Assembly (NCBI GenBank): GCA_951406725.2
Contig: OX597814.1
Span: 20,026,001 to 20,090,000, forward strand
Length of the DNA: 64,000 nt
Direction: 5' to 3'
Source: Octopus vulgaris
Taxonomy: Eukaryota
The notes below the pieces were generated by a model. It had not been told where the DNA came from. It did not search any database and worked only from the letters and a program-made list of their open reading frames with translations. Shown in pieces: positions 12,698 to 27,909 of this stretch (within the stretch, counting starts at the first letter, position 1; each line of letters starts with the position of its first letter). A program made the translations under genes and the position numbers.

Positions 12698-13872
12698 GAA
12701 TCTGATGTCACTACCTTGAGTTCAGCAAGGCCTTTGACAGGGTGGGTCATAAGATCTTCTTGCAAAAACTATCCCACACTGGTGTCTCTGGAAGAACCTA
12801 ACACGTTGTTATCGACGGAGGAAAATCAAGCCCAGCCAAAGTCAGTAGTGGCGTTCCACTATTGTGTTGGGCCCACTTCTTTTCATCATCTATTTCAATG
12901 ACATTACTGACATCATCAAGCACAGTAACATAAGAATCTTTGCAGATGATTCCAAGATTCAGAAGGTCATCAATGAAGTGGGTGACCCGGTATGCCTTCA
13001 GTCAGATCTACTGGCTGAGGACAAATTGAGTTAATCTACTTCGGAAAGAGGATACCATGAAACTCCCATACTCCCTTCCTTCAGGTGAAACGGTTATGGC
13101 ATCCAACAACATCAGAGAGTTGGGATTAATTGTAGACAGCAACATAAACCGGGTCTCTCATATAAACAGCAAAGTTAACATGGACCGCAGGATGTGTTCC
13201 TGGATTCTCAGAACTTTCCAGTCGAGAGATATCCACACCATTATCCTTCTCTTCTCTACATTTTCCCGACCCCACCTTGAATAGAGCTGTCCACTGTGGT
13301 CGCCCCACACGAAACAAAGTATCATCAAAATTGAAACACCTCAAAGGTCAATTACAAAAAAGATAGCTGGCATGACAGGCCTTGACTGTTAGGGTCGACT
13401 AGAAAAGCTCAAGCTTTTTTCCCTCCAACGCCACCGTGAGTGCAACATCATCTGCATGATGTGGAAAATGTTCCATCGGCATTGCCCAAATGATGTTGAC
13501 ATCGCCTCTAAGATACACTCAAGACTTGGGCCCTGTGCTATCCGCCCACAACATAAATCATACTCGCATCACATTACAACAATACGTCACAATTATTTCA
13601 CCTCAGTTGGCCCCACTCTCTTTACACCAAAACACATTAAAACAGAAACAGACTCCATTAAGTTCAAAACGTCTTTGAACAAATTCCTTCAAAAAATTCC
13701 GGATAAATCTCCTACATCCGGATATGTCTCCGTAAACAATAACTCGCTCCTCAAGTTGGCCATGTTGTCCGATTCCTGATTTGAATGACTTTGCCAGGTG
13801 GTGCTATTAAGTTAGACATGGCCTTGGTCAATACTGGCCGAAACCTATCAAAGTATCAAAATATCAAAATAA
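12698..13872 (+). mobile_element. CR1/L2-clade LINE fragment, duplicate in macro-unit 2
   Basis: Near-identical to 3991-5166. Confidence 0.88.
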
Positions 13873-15635
13873 AGCGTTGTAGCTTTATACCAATATGCTG
13901 CATAGAGAGTTTTACTCCATGACTACTTTCTGAATAGCTATCCAATAAATTTTATGAAAGCTCAGCCTAGAAGGTGGTCGAGTGCGTCTATTAGACTACG
14001 TCTGCAATTTTGCTCAGATTAAGCACTATTATTTCTACTAAGTTACGATCAAAGAAACTCGTTGGTGTCACCTTAACATTATGGATGGGTGCCTTATAAT
14101 TTGTGAAGCAGGGGTTCCGAGTATTTTTACCTCTTATTGGGTGGAATACTGTGTGTTCCATGAGTAACATGTTTGTAAGGACAAGTAGAGACTCTGCCTA
14201 CTTTCGCTTATGCAGTGAGATACCTGCGAGGAGGCATCCCTCAGGCCATTCGACATTAGGAAGATTGAAGTATTCAGGGAGAAGTATATGAAGGCTGTCA
14301 TCTAGGTGGGTTAATACCTCTTCCATCACTTTGAGGCTATCTTCGAATGAGCCCCCATAATTTGGAGAGCATCTGCTAAGCGACATGTAGTACTTATTAC
14401 CACTTTGATTTGTGTAATGTGCACAACCAGTGTGTCATAGACTGAATTTGAGTGTGACAGCAAGACAATAGACATTACATCTTCCCGGATGAACATCGCA
14501 ACTCTACTATGAGCTCTTTTTCTCCTATCAGTTCGAAACACAACATACTTTGGTATGTGTGTTTCACCATTTGCTATGTCAGCAGTCAAAATGCATTTCT
14601 GTTAGTGCCATGCATATTGCTTGATTACATGTAACTGGGGCTTTGTGCTGATGGGATGTTACAAGGCCACTGGCATTCAGCAGTAACTCTGTGTGTATAC
14701 ATACATGCATGCATCCATCCATCAATCCATCCATCCATCCATCCATCCATCCATACATACCTACATACATACATACATACATACATACATACATACATAC
14801 ATACATACATACATACATACATACATACATGCATGTACGTATGTATAAGCATGTATGTCAACTGAGATAAATAGACAGACAGACAGTAAAAATTATATAA
14901 TTTCGTAGACGTAGAAATGCTGTATGATTAGAGGGCAATTGGAACATACCAAATAGTTGGATATTGGGGAGACCTCCTTCGGTCATGAATGACCATGGGA
15001 TTGCACCTAGAAAGTTACCCTCCGAGGTACAAGTCCGGGCAAGGTTGCTTATGGAAGGCCAGCAGTTGCCATGCATACCAACCTCTCCTCTCCAAGTCAC
15101 CGATGGTATCCGAGGGAAAGACAACGGCTGATGCAGTTTGGCACCAGTAATGTCGCAACTCATTTCTACAGCTGAATTAACAGGTGTAACGTGAAATAAA
15201 GTGTCTTGCTCAAGAACACAACATCTAGCCCGGTCCATTATTCGAACTCACAACCTCACGATCGTAAGCTCGACGCTCTAACCACTGAACCATGCACCTT
15301 CACAATTGGGTATTACATGTCGACAATATAGTGGCAATCTAGTTTACTTTTCTTATATTCTGTGTCAACGAGAGAATTCAAGGGAAGTAACTACAAAAAG
15401 TAATTTTCAAGTTGTCTCCTCTTGAAAATTTTATTTAAAAACTAAATAAAACTGACATACGATTCTGCTGAAGGCCACATCATCATCATCATCGTTTAAC
15501 GTCCGCTTTCCATGCTAGCATGGGTTGGACGGTTCAACTGGGATCTGGGAAGTTCACGGGGGCCAGGCTAGGCTGGCAACGGCCACGATCGGATGGTCTT
15601 TGTTACGTATATATGGATGTGTGTATGTATGTATA

Positions 15636-15825
<190 letters not shown>

Positions 15826-15827
15826 TA

Positions 15828-16870
15828 AACTTAGATAAACTTAGATATGTTTCGACCAAAGATTGGTCCAGGCCATGTCTAACTTAATAGCACCACCTGA
15901 TAGGATTATTCGAATCCTGTTTAAGTCAAGTTTTGTTTAAGTCAAGTTTTGTTCAAGTAGTGAGTTCTTGTTGGGTGAGTTGTATCCAGTTTTGTTCAAG
16001 TAGTGAGTTCTTGTTGGGTGAGTTGTATCCAATTATGGGTGGCTTATCTGGTATTCTTTGAAGGAATCTATCCAGACTCTGTTTAAAGTTGATGGGATCC
16101 TTTTCCTCTTTGATCTCACACGGGACAATGTTAAATAGGGCAGGGCCTGTTGAGGAAAAGAAATTATGTTGCAGTGTACATGTATGTTGTGATCTTGAAT
16201 TTGGCAGGGGACGTGTAGCCCGTGGTCCAAGTCTTGGATGAACCTTGAAGCTAATGTTCAGGTCGTTTGGGCAAAGTTGGCGGTATATTTTCCACATCGT
16301 ACAATTGATGTACCGCTCACGGCGACGCTGGAGGGAGTAAAGTTTCAAGGCTTTAAGGCGATCCCAATAATCGAGAGCGGCCATGCCTTCAATTTGTTTA
16401 GTGAGAGCCCTCTGGGGTGACTCAATTCTGGAGATGTTTTGTCTTGTGTGAGGAGACCTCAGTGGGCAGCAGTATTCAAGGTGTGGCCGTACAAAGGAGG
16501 AAAAAAGTGTTATGATGACACCTTGTTCTCTGGACTGGAAAGTTCTTAAGATCCAGGAACTCATACCCTACGAGCTATATCGACCTTCTTGTTGATGTGT
16601 GCACTCCAACTGAGATCGTCATCAACAATTACACCCAGGTCTCTGATATTGTTAGAGGCTGTGAGCGGTTCCCCTGAAGGAAGAGAGTATGGTTGTTTTA
16701 GTGAGGAATTTCTTCCAAAATTCATCAGCTCAAATTTTCCCTCATTCCGTTGCATTTTGTTTCTGTCTGCCCATTGACTCACAGCATATAGATCAGACTG
16801 GAGTTGAGTTCGGTCTGCTTCTTCATTGACGATTTGCTGAAGCTTAGTGTCATCAGCGAATATTTTCAGC
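15828..16870 (-). mobile_element. Younger 5'-truncated CR1/L2-clade LINE inserted in a (TA)n tract
   Basis: KIFADDTKL, RPHLEYCCPL, LYSLQRRRER. The 3' end caggtggtgctattaagttagacatggcc is shared with 5090-5118; tail (tatctaagtt)2. Absent from the homologous tracts at ~6985 and ~19270. Confidence 0.9.
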
Positions 16871-19133
16871 GAATATATATATATACACACATGCATGTAT
16901 ATAATCATGTTCCATGCTTGCATGGGTTGCACAAAAATTTCTTTCAGTGCCTACTGGAATCATAATCCAGACACATACCGTAAGCATCCACATAAATCTT
17001 TAGCATTGCTAGCTTTCCATACTTTGTGATTTTGTTATTGCTAGCTTTCCGCACTTTGTGATTTTGGCACTGCTAGGTTTCCATACTTTGTGATTTTGGC
17101 ACTGCTAGCTTTCCATACTTTCTGATTTTGGCACAGCTAGGTTTCGATACTTTGTGATTTTGGCACTGCTAGCTTTCCATACTTTCTGATTTTGGCACTG
17201 TTAGGTTTCCATACTTTGTGATTTTGGCACTGTTAGCTTTCCATACTTTGTGAATTTGGCACTGCAAGATTTCCATACTTTGTGGTTTTGGCACTGCTAG
17301 CTCACCATACTTTGTGATTTTGGCACTGCTAGCTTTCCATACTTTGTGATTTTGGCACTGCTAGCTTTCCATGCATTGTGATTTTGGCACTGCTAGATTT
17401 CCATACTTTGTGAATTTGGCTAGATTTCCACTGCTAGGTTTCCATACTTTGTGATTTTGGCACTGCTAGCTTTCCATACTTTCTGATTTTGGCACTGTTA
17501 GGTTTCCATACTTTGTGATTTTGGCACTGTTAGCTTTCCATACTATGTGAATTTGGTACTTGCTAGATTTCCATACTTTGTGAATTTGGAATTGCTAGGT
17601 TTCCATACTTTGTATTTTGGCAATGCTAGGTTTCCATACTTTTTTGATTTTGTCATTGCTAGCTTTCCATACTTTGTGATCTTGGCTTTGCTAGCTTTCC
17701 ATACTTTGTGATTTTGGCATTGCTAGGTTTCCATATTTTGTGATTTTGGCACTGCTAGGTTTCCATAATTTGTGATTTTGGCACCGCTGCCTTTCCATAC
17801 ATTGTGATTTTGGCACCACTGACCTTCCATACTTTGTGATTTTGGCATACTTTGTGATTTTGGCACCACTGGCCTTCCATACTTTGTGATTTTGGCATTT
17901 TCACTGAAAATTTTACCCATAAATTTTTCGAAAATTTTCACCAAAAATTTTCCGAAAATTTTCACTGAAAATTTTACACAAAAATTTTTGGATATTGTTC
18001 ACCGAAAATTTAACCCAAAAATAGATATATGTTATTGCTAAAAATACATTTTTATGGGCTGCTGCTGCTTCTTTCTGTGTATATATAGAGTGAATTCTGG
18101 TTTACTACTACTGTCACGATGCCTCACCATCCACAATAAACCAGATTATGCTTTACACTTAACAACTATGACGATGTCGACGTTTATAGTCTTCAGCATA
18201 TGGAGCATATTCGTTATATGGTTTTTCGAAAATTTTAACCGAAATTTAAAAAAAAAATTTTTTGAAAATTTTTGCCGAAAATTTTCCCCGAAAATATATC
18301 GACTATTTTCATATAAAATTTTACCCGAAAATTTTTCGAGAATTATCAGTGAATATTTCACCCAAAATTTTTCGAAAATTTTACCCAAAACTTTTTTGAA
18401 AATTTTCACCAAATCTTTTCCGAAAATTTTACACGAAAAATTTCCGAAAATTTTAACCCAAAACGATGTCGACGTTTATAGACTTCAGCATATGGAGCAT
18501 ATTCATTATATTGTTTTCCGCAAATTTTAACCAAAATTTTTACCGAAAATTTTCCCCAAAAATTTATCGAAAATTTTCACCTAAAATTTTACTCAGAAAT
18601 TTTTCGAAAATTTTCACTGAAACATTACCCAAAAATTTTTAGAAAATTTTACCCAAAACTTTTTAGAAAACTTTCAGCACAAATTTTACCCAAAAATTTT
18701 TCGAAATTTTCACCAAAAATTTTCCGAAAATTTTCACAGAAAATTTTACCCAAAAATGGCTTTCCATTCTTTGTGATTTCGGCACCGCTGGCCTTCCATA
18801 CTTTGTGATTTTGTGCCGCTGGCCTTTCATACTTTGTGATTTTGGCACTTTTATTATATTGTGTCAACGAGAGAATTCAAGGGAAATAACTACAAAAAGT
18901 AATTTTTAAGTTGTCTCCTCTTGAAAATTTTACTTAAAACTAAATAAAACTGACGTACGATTCTACTGAATGCCACATCATCATCATCATCATCATCGTT
19001 TAACGTCCGCTTTCCATGCTAGCATGTGTTGGACGGTTCAACTGGGATCTGGGAAGTTCACGGGGGCCAGGCGAGGCTGGCAACGGCCACGATCGGATGG
19101 TCTTTGTTACGTATATATGTATGTGTGTATGTA

Positions 19134-19210
<77 letters not shown>

Positions 19211-19214
19211 GCAT

Positions 19215-19272
<58 letters not shown>

Positions 19273-19565
19273 GCATGTATATAATCATGTTCCATGCTTG
19301 CATGGGTTGCACAGAAATGTTTTTCAGTGCCTACTGGAATCATAATCCAGACACTCCATAAATTGTGCAGACATGCTAAACACTAAGGCAATTGTCATTT
19401 TACTCATTCATCCATTCATCCATCCATTCATCCATTCATACATACATACATCTTTTGTGCGTGTGTGTGTAATTGCACACACAATTACGGAGAAAGAGAG
19501 TGAGAAATGGTAAAGTGTAATGCATAAATGAAAATCAGAAGAATTCCCTTTTTTCTTTGTTGCAG

Positions 19566-19619
19566 ATTGCAGAAGAAATGGAAAAAGAAAGAAAAATGTT
19601 TCAGTTACAAGCATGTGAA
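19566..19619 (+). CDS. ASAP1: ASAP-family exon, copy 3
   Basis: Same exon with one synonymous change (GAG>GAA); splice sites intact. Confidence 0.75.
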
Positions 19620-22600
19620 GTAAGTATCTTTAATGACAAGACGGGCATCTGACTGTAAAGCAATGCTTTAGTAATATTTATTCGTCTGAACTTTACTACC
19701 ACTGCTAAATAGACAATATAATGAACAAAATATCAGAATGAAAATTGTATTTTTACCATTCAGCTGGTCATTATATTTCTTGACCATCCAACACTGACAT
19801 TAACAGATCAGCTGTCCTCTATTATAATGACCATCACTACTGGCATTTCATGTTTACCAGGTCACTATGTAACTGACCACTAATAACTTATATCTACTTA
19901 TTGCTAATGTATATGTAATAAACCCTTAAAGAGAGAGCCCCAGGATTACCACAGTCCAATGACTGAAACAAGAAAAGGATAAAAGTTAGATAGTCCCCCA
20001 AAACATTTAGTCATGGGACCCCTAGGCTAATCCCTGCTTTGATAGTGAAAGTGGGCTTAACTCTAGCATTTAATCCAGCCATTTCTGGTCCAGATATTCT
20101 CCTGGTTTTATGTTAAAACTGAGCAGATCCAATGTCTCACACCTACCCTACAAGGTCATTATAAAAATAAACAACAACATCATAGAAATTGTGAAGCTAT
20201 GAGAAAATGCATGATTAATTCAAAACAATGTGAATAAATAAGGTTTACATTTGACAAAGAAATCTGAATGTTCAAGAGTTAAAGTTGTATTTGTGTGTCC
20301 TATTCTATCCATATCAGATACCATAAGCATCCACATAAATCTTTAGCATTGTTAGCTTTCCATACTTTGTGATTTTGTTATTACTAGCTTTCTGCACTTT
20401 GTGATTTTGGCACTGCTAGGTCTCCATACTTTGTGATTTTGGCACTGCTAGCTTTCCGTACTTTCTGATTTTGGCACTGTTAGGTTTCCATACTTTGTGA
20501 TTTTGGCATTGCTAGCTTTCCATACTTTGTGATTTGGCACTGCTAGTTTTCCATATTTGTGATTTTGGCACTGCTAGCTTTCCATACTTTGTGCTTTTGG
20601 CACTGCTAGCTCACCCTACTTTGTGATTTTGGCACTGCTAGCTTTCCATACTTTGTGATTTGGCACTGCTAGCTTTCCATACTTTATGATTTTGGCACTG
20701 CTGGCTCTCCATACTTTTGATTCTGGCACTGCTAGCTCTCCATACTGCAAGCTCACCATACACGATAAACCAGATTCTGCTATACACTTAACAACGGTGA
20801 CGATGTTGAGGTTCATAGACTTCAGCATATGGAGCATATTCGTTATATGGTTTTTCGAAAATTTTAACCGAAATTTTTACCAAAAAATTTTTTGAAAAAT
20901 TTTTGCCGAAAATTTTCCGCAAAAATTCATCGAAAATTTTCACCTAAAATTTTACTCTGAAATTTTTCGAAGATTTTCCCTGAAAATATTACCCAAAAAT
21001 TTTTCGAAAATTTTCACTGAAAATTTTACCCAAAAATTTTAAGAAAATTTTCACCACAAATTTTACACAAAAATTTTTCGAAAATGTTTACCGCAACTTT
21101 TACCGAAAATTTTCACTGAACATTTTCCGCAAAAATTCATCGAAAATTTTCACCTAAACTTTTACTCAAAATTTTTCGAAAATTTTTACTGAAAATATTA
21201 CCCTAAAATTTTTAGAAAATTTTCACTGAAAATTTTACCTAAAAATTTTTTGAAAATTTTACCACAAATTTTACCCAAAAATTTTTGGAAAACTTTACCC
21301 AAAAATTTTTCGAAAATTTGCACCAAAAATTTTGCGAAAATAATCACCAAAAATTTTTCGAAAATTTTCACCACAAATTTTACCCAAAAATGTTCGAAAA
21401 TTTTCACCGTAACATTTACCGAAAAATTTTCGAAAATATTCACCAAATATTTTTCGAAAATTATCCCCAAAAATTTATCGAAAATTTTCACCTAAAATTT
21501 TACTCCAAAACTTTTCGAAAATTTTCACAGAAAATTTTAACAAAAAATTTTTCGTAAATTTTCAGCACAAATATTACCCAAAAATTTTTGTAAAATTATC
21601 ACTGAAAATTTTACCCAAAACTTTTTAGAAAATTTTCACCAAAAATTTTCAGCAAAACTTTTTAGAAAATTTCCACCGAAAATTTTACCAAAAAATCTTC
21701 CGAAAATTTTCACAAAAAATTTTGCGAAAATTATCACCGAAAATTTTCCCCAAATATTTTTCGAAAATGTTCACCGAAAATTTTACCCCAAAATAGATTT
21801 GTGGCTGCTTTCTGTGCATATATAGAATAAATTCTGGTTAACTACTACTGTCAACATGCCTCACCATACACGACACACCAGTTTCTGCTATACACTTAAC
21901 GACGATAACGATGTTGAGGTTCAGAGACATCAGCATATGGAGCATATTCGTTATATGGTTTTTCGAAAATTTTAACCGAAATTTTTACCAAAAGATTTTT
22001 TTAAAATTTTTGCCGAAATTTTTCCCCAAAAATTCATCGAAAATTTTCACCTAAAATTTTACTCAGAAATTTTTCGAAAATTTTCACTGAAAATATTACC
22101 CAAAAATTTTTCGAAAGTTTTCACTGAAAATTTTACCCAAAAATTTTTAGAAAATTTTCACCACAAATTTTACACAAAAATTTTTCTAAAAATTTTTCCG
22201 TAACATTTACCGAAAACTTTTTCGAAAATTTTCACCAAATATTTTCCGAAAATTATCACCGAACATTTTCCCCTAGTATTTTTCGAAAATGTTCACCGAA
22301 AATTTTACCCAAACAGATTTATGTTATTGCTAACAATAGATTTTTATGTGGCTGCTTTCACTCTATATATACACAGAAAGCAGCAGGCACATAAAAATCT
22401 ATTTTTAGCAATAACATAAATCTATTTTGGGTAAAATTTACATTGAATATTTTCGAAAACTTTGGGTAAAATTTTCAGTGAAGATTTTCGAAAAATTTTT
22501 AGGTAAAATTTTACGTGAAAATTTTCGGCAAAAATTTTGAAAAAATATTTCGGTAGATTTTTATGTAGCTGCCTCACTATCCACGATACACCAGGTTCTT

Positions 22601-24515
22601 ATTTACACTTAACAACTATGACGATGTCGACGATTGTAGACTTCAGCATATGGAGCATATTCGTTATATGGATTTTCCAAAATTTTCACCGAAAATATTA
22701 CCCACAAATTTTTCGGAAATTTTCACTGAAAATTTTACCCAAAAATTTTTCGAAGATTTTAACCAAGAATTTTATGAAAATTTTCACCGAAAATTTTACC
22801 CAAAAATTTTTCGAAGATTTTAAACGATAACGATTTCAACGTTTATAGACTTCAGCATATTCGTTATATGGTTTTTCGTAAATTTTCACCGAAAATTTTA
22901 CCCAACATTGTTCAAAAATTTTTCACGGAAAATTTTCCCAAAAAATTCTTTGAAAATTTTTGCCGAAAATTTTCCGCAAAAATTTAGCGAAAATTTTCAC
23001 CTAAAATTTTGCATAAAAATTTTTCGGAATTTTCACCGAAAATTATGCCCAAAAATTTTGCGAAAATTTTCACCGAAAATTTTACCTAAAAATTTTTCGA
23101 AAATTTTCACCAAAAATTTTCAGAAAATTTTACACGAAAAATTTCCCCAACTTTTTCCGAAAATTTGAACCGATAACGATTTCAACGTTTATAGACTTCA
23201 GCATATGGAGCATATTCGTCGTATTGTTTTTCGTAAATTTTCACCGAAAATTTTTCCCGAAAATTGTTCAAAAATTTTTCACGGCAAAATTTGCCCAAAA
23301 ATTTTTCGAAAATTTTCAAAAAAATTAGATTTATGTTTTTGTTTAGATTTTTATGTGGCTATTGCTACTACTTTCTGTGTATATATAGATAGAATTCTGG
23401 TTTACTACTACAGTCAAGATGCCTCACCATCCATGATACACCAGATTCTGCTTTACACTTAACAACTATGACGATGTCGAAGTTATATAGACTTCAGCAT
23501 ATGGAGCATATTCGTTATATGGTTTTTCGAAAATTTTCACGGAAAATTTTTCCCAAAAATTTTTTAAGAATTTTTACCAAAACTTTTCCCCAAATATTTT
23601 TCGAAAATTTTCAACGAAAGTTTTACCCAAAAATTTTCACAAAATTTTCACCGATAATTTTCCCCAAATATTTTTCGAAAATGTTCATCGAAAATTTTAC
23701 CCAAAAATAGATTTATGTTATTGCTAAAAATAGATTTTTATATGGCTACTTTCTGAGTATTTATAGAGTGAATTCTGGTTTACTACTACGGTCAAGATCC
23801 CTCACCATCCACGATACACCAGATTCTGCTTTACACTTAACAACTATGACGATGTTAACGATTATAGACTTATATAAACTTATATTTGCCCAAAAATTTT
23901 TCGAAAATGTTTACTGAAAATTTTACCAAAAAATAGATTTATGTCAATGCTGAAAATAGATTTTTATGTGCCTGCTGCTTTCTGTGTATATATAGAGTAA
24001 ATTCTGGTTTACTACTACTGTCAAGATCCTTCATCATCCACGATACACCAGATTCTGCTATACACTTTACAACTATGACGATGTTGAGGTTCATAGACTT
24101 CAACTTATGGAGCATATTCGTTATATGGTTTTTCGAAAGTTTTAACCGAAATTTTTATTAAAAAATTTTTTGAAAATTTTTGCCGAAAATTTTCCTTAAA
24201 AATATATCGACTATTTTCATCTAAAATTTTACTCGAAAATTTTCACTGAAAATTTTACCCAAAAATTTTAACCACAAATTTTACTCAAAAGTTTTTCGAA
24301 AATTTTCACCGGAAATTTTACCGAAAAATTTTTCGAAAATTTTCAATGAAAATTTTTCGAAAGTTCTCACCGAAAATTTTCGGCAAATACTTTTCCAAAA
24401 TGTTCACCGAAAATTTTACGCAAAAATAGATTTATGTTATTGCTAAAAGTAGATTTTTATGTGGCTGCTTGCTGTGTATATATAGAGTGAATTCTGATTT
24501 ACTACTACTGTCAAC

Positions 24516-24623
24516 ATGCCTCACCAACAACGATACACCAGATTCTGCTTTACACTTAACGACTATGACGATGTTGACGTTTATAGACGTCAGCATATAG
24601 AGAATATTCGTTATATATTTTTC
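24516..24623 (+). pseudogene. CRESS Rep-like fragment copy
   Basis: MPHQQRYTRFCFTLNDYDDVDVYRRQHIENIRYIFF in the ORF track, reading on into satellite. Confidence 0.6.
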
Positions 24624-24983
24624 CGAAAATTTTCACGGAAATTTTTACCCCAAAATTTTTTGAAAATTTTTGCCGAAAATTTTCCGCAAAAATTTAGCGA
24701 AAATTTTCACCTAAAATGTTGCTTAAAAATTTTTCGAAAATTTTCACCGAAAATTATACCCAAATTTTGCGAAAATTTTCACCGAAAATTATACCCAAAT
24801 TTTGCGAAAATTTTCACCGAAAATTTTACCTAAAAATTTTTCGAAAATTTTCACCAAAAATTTTCAGAAAATTTTACACGAAAAATTTCCCCAAATAGAT
24901 TTATGTTATTGCTAAAAATAGATTTCCTGTGTCTGCTTTCTGTGTATATATAGAGTGAATTCTGGTTTACTACTACTGTCAAC

Positions 24984-25091
24984 ATGCCTCACCATCCACG
25001 ATACTCCAGATTCTGCTTTACACTTAACAACTATGACGATGTTGACGTTTATAGACATCAGCATATAGAGCATATTCGTTATAAGTTTTTC
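24984..25091 (+). pseudogene. CRESS Rep-like fragment copy
   Basis: MPHHPRYSRFCFTLNNYDDVDVYRHQHIEHIRYKFF. Confidence 0.6.
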
Positions 25092-27801
25092 CGAAAATTT
25101 TCAACGAAATTTTTACCGAAAAGTGTTTTGAAAATTTTTGACGAAAATTTACAACTAAAATTTTGCTTAAAAATTTTTCAAAAATTTTCACCGAATATTT
25201 TACCTAAAAATTTTTAGAAAATTTTCAACAAAAAACTTTCCGAAAATTTTACACGAAAAATTCCCCAAATTTTTCCGAAAATTTTAAACGATAACGATTT
25301 CAACGTTTATAGACTTCAGCATATGGAGCATATTCGTCATATGGTTTTTCGTAAATTTTCACCGAAAATTTTCCCTAAATTTTTCAAATCTTTTCACGGA
25401 AAATTTTCCCCAAAATTTTTCAAAAATTTTCACGAAAATTTTACCCCAAAATTTTTAGAAAATCTTCACTGAAAATTTTACCAAAAAATTTTTCGAAAAT
25501 TTTCACCATAAATTTTTCACGAAAATCTTTCGAAAATTTTCACCAGAAATTTTTCGAAAATTTTCACTGAAACATTTACCGAAAACTTTTTCGAAAATTT
25601 CCACCAAATATTTTCCGAAAATTATCACCGAACATTTTCCCCTAATATTTTTCGAAAATGTTCACCGAAAATTTTACCCAAACATAGATTTATGTTATTG
25701 CTAAAAATAGATTTTTATGTGGCTGCTTTCACTCTATATATACACAGAAAGCAGCAGGCTCATGAAAATCTATTTTTCGCAATAACATAAATATATTTTT
25801 GGGTAAAATTTACAGTGAATATTTTCGAAAACTTTTTGGGTAAAATTTTCAGTGCAAATTTTCAAAAAATTTTTAGGTAACATTTTACGTGAAAATTTTC
25901 GGCAAAAATTTTCCATAAATATTTCGGTAGATTTTTATGTGGCTGCCTCACCATCCACGATACACCAGGTTCTGCTTTACGCTTAACAACTATAACGATG
26001 TCGACGATTATAGACTTCAGCATATGGAGCATATTCGTTATGTGGTTTTTCGACAATTTTCACCGAAAATATTACCCACAAATTTTTGAAAAATTTTCAA
26101 CGAAAATTTTACCCAAAAATTTTTCCAAGATTTTAACCAAAAATTTTACGAAAATTTTCACCGAAAATTTTAACCAAAAATTTTTGGAAGATTTTACCCA
26201 AAAATTTTACGAAAATTATTCGAAAGCTCTCAATAAAAATTTTCCCCAAAAATTTTTAGAAAGTGTTCACCGAAAATTTTACTCCAAAATAGATTTATGT
26301 TATTGCTAAAATTAGATTTTTATGTCGCTCCTTTCTGTGTGTATATAGAGTGAATTCTGGTTTACTACTACTGTCAAGATAACTCACCATCCACGATACA
26401 CCAGATTCTGCTTTACAATGAACAACTATGACGATGTTGACGTTTATAGACATCAGCTTATAGAGCATATTCGTTATATGCTTTTCCGAATATTTTCACC
26501 GAAATTTTTACCCAAAAATTCTTTGAACATTTTTGCCGAAAATTTTCCCCAAAAATTTAGCATAAATTTTCACCTAAAATTTTGCTTAAAAATTTTTCTA
26601 AAATAATAATAATGTCGACGATTATAGACTTCAGCATATGGAACATATTCTTTATATGGTTTTTTGAAAATTTTCACCGAAAATATTACCCACAAATTTT
26701 TCGAAAATTTTCACCGAAAATTTTACCCAAAAATTTCTTGAACATTTTTGCCGGAAATTTTCCCAAAAAATTTAGCATAAATTTTCACCTAAAATTTTGC
26801 TTAAAAATTTTTCGAAAATTTTCACCGAAAATAATACCTGAAAATTTTGCAAAAATTTTCACCGAAAATTTTACCCAAAAATTTTCCACAAAAATTTTTC
26901 GAAAATTTTCACCAAAAATTTTAGCCAATAATTTGTTGAAAATTTTCACCAAAAATTTTCCGAAAACTTTTACGGAAAATTTTACCCGAAAATGACTTTC
27001 CATTCTTTGTGATTTCGGCACCGCTGGCCTTCCATACTTTGTGATTTTGGCACCACTGGCTTTCAATACTTTGTGATTTCGGCACCGCTGACATTCCATA
27101 CCTTGTGATTTTGGCACTGCTAGCTTTTTACCAAAAATTCATCGAAAATTTTCACCTAAAATTTTACTCAAAAATTTTTCAAAAATTTTCACTGAAAATT
27201 TTAGCCCCAAATTTTTTTTGAATTTTCACCACAAATTTTAACAAAAAATTTGTCGAAAATTTTGACCGAAACATTTACCGAAAACTTTTTTGAAAATTTT
27301 CACCAAATATTTTCCGAAAATTATCACCGAACATTTTCTCCAAATATTTTTCCAAAATGTTCGCCGAAAATTTTACCCAAACATAGATTTATGTTATTGC
27401 TAAAAATAGATTTTTATGTGGTAGATTTTTATGTGGCTGCTTCACCATCCAGGTTCTGCTTTACACTTAACAACTATGACGATGTCGACGATTATAGACT
27501 TCAGCATATGGAGCATATTCGTTATATGGTTTTTCTAAAATTTTCACCGAAAATATTACCCAAAAATTTTTCGAAAATTTTTACCGAAAATTTTACCCAA
27601 AAATTTTTCGAAGAATTTAGCCAAAAATTTTACGAAAATTATTCGAAAGCTCTCACCGAAAATTTTCCCTAAAAATTTTTGGAAAATGTTCACCGAAAAT
27701 TTTACCCAAACATAGATTTATGTTATTGATAAAAATAGATTTTTATGTGGCTGCTTTCTGTGTATATATAGAGTGAATTCTGGTTTACTACTACTGTCAA
27801 C

Positions 27802-27909
27802 ATGCCTCACCATCCACGATACACCAGATTCTGCTTTACAATGAACAACTATGACGATGTTGACGTTTATAGACATCAGCATATAGAGCATATTCGTTAC
27901 ATGTTTTTC
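27802..27909 (+). pseudogene. CRESS Rep-like fragment copy
   Basis: MPHHPRYTRFCFTMNNYDDVDVYRHQHIEHIRYMFF. Other motif-I copies near 1853, 9455, 10046, 10883, 18119, 20752, 21856, 22570, 23419, 23797, 24026, 25943, 26379, 27437. Confidence 0.6.
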
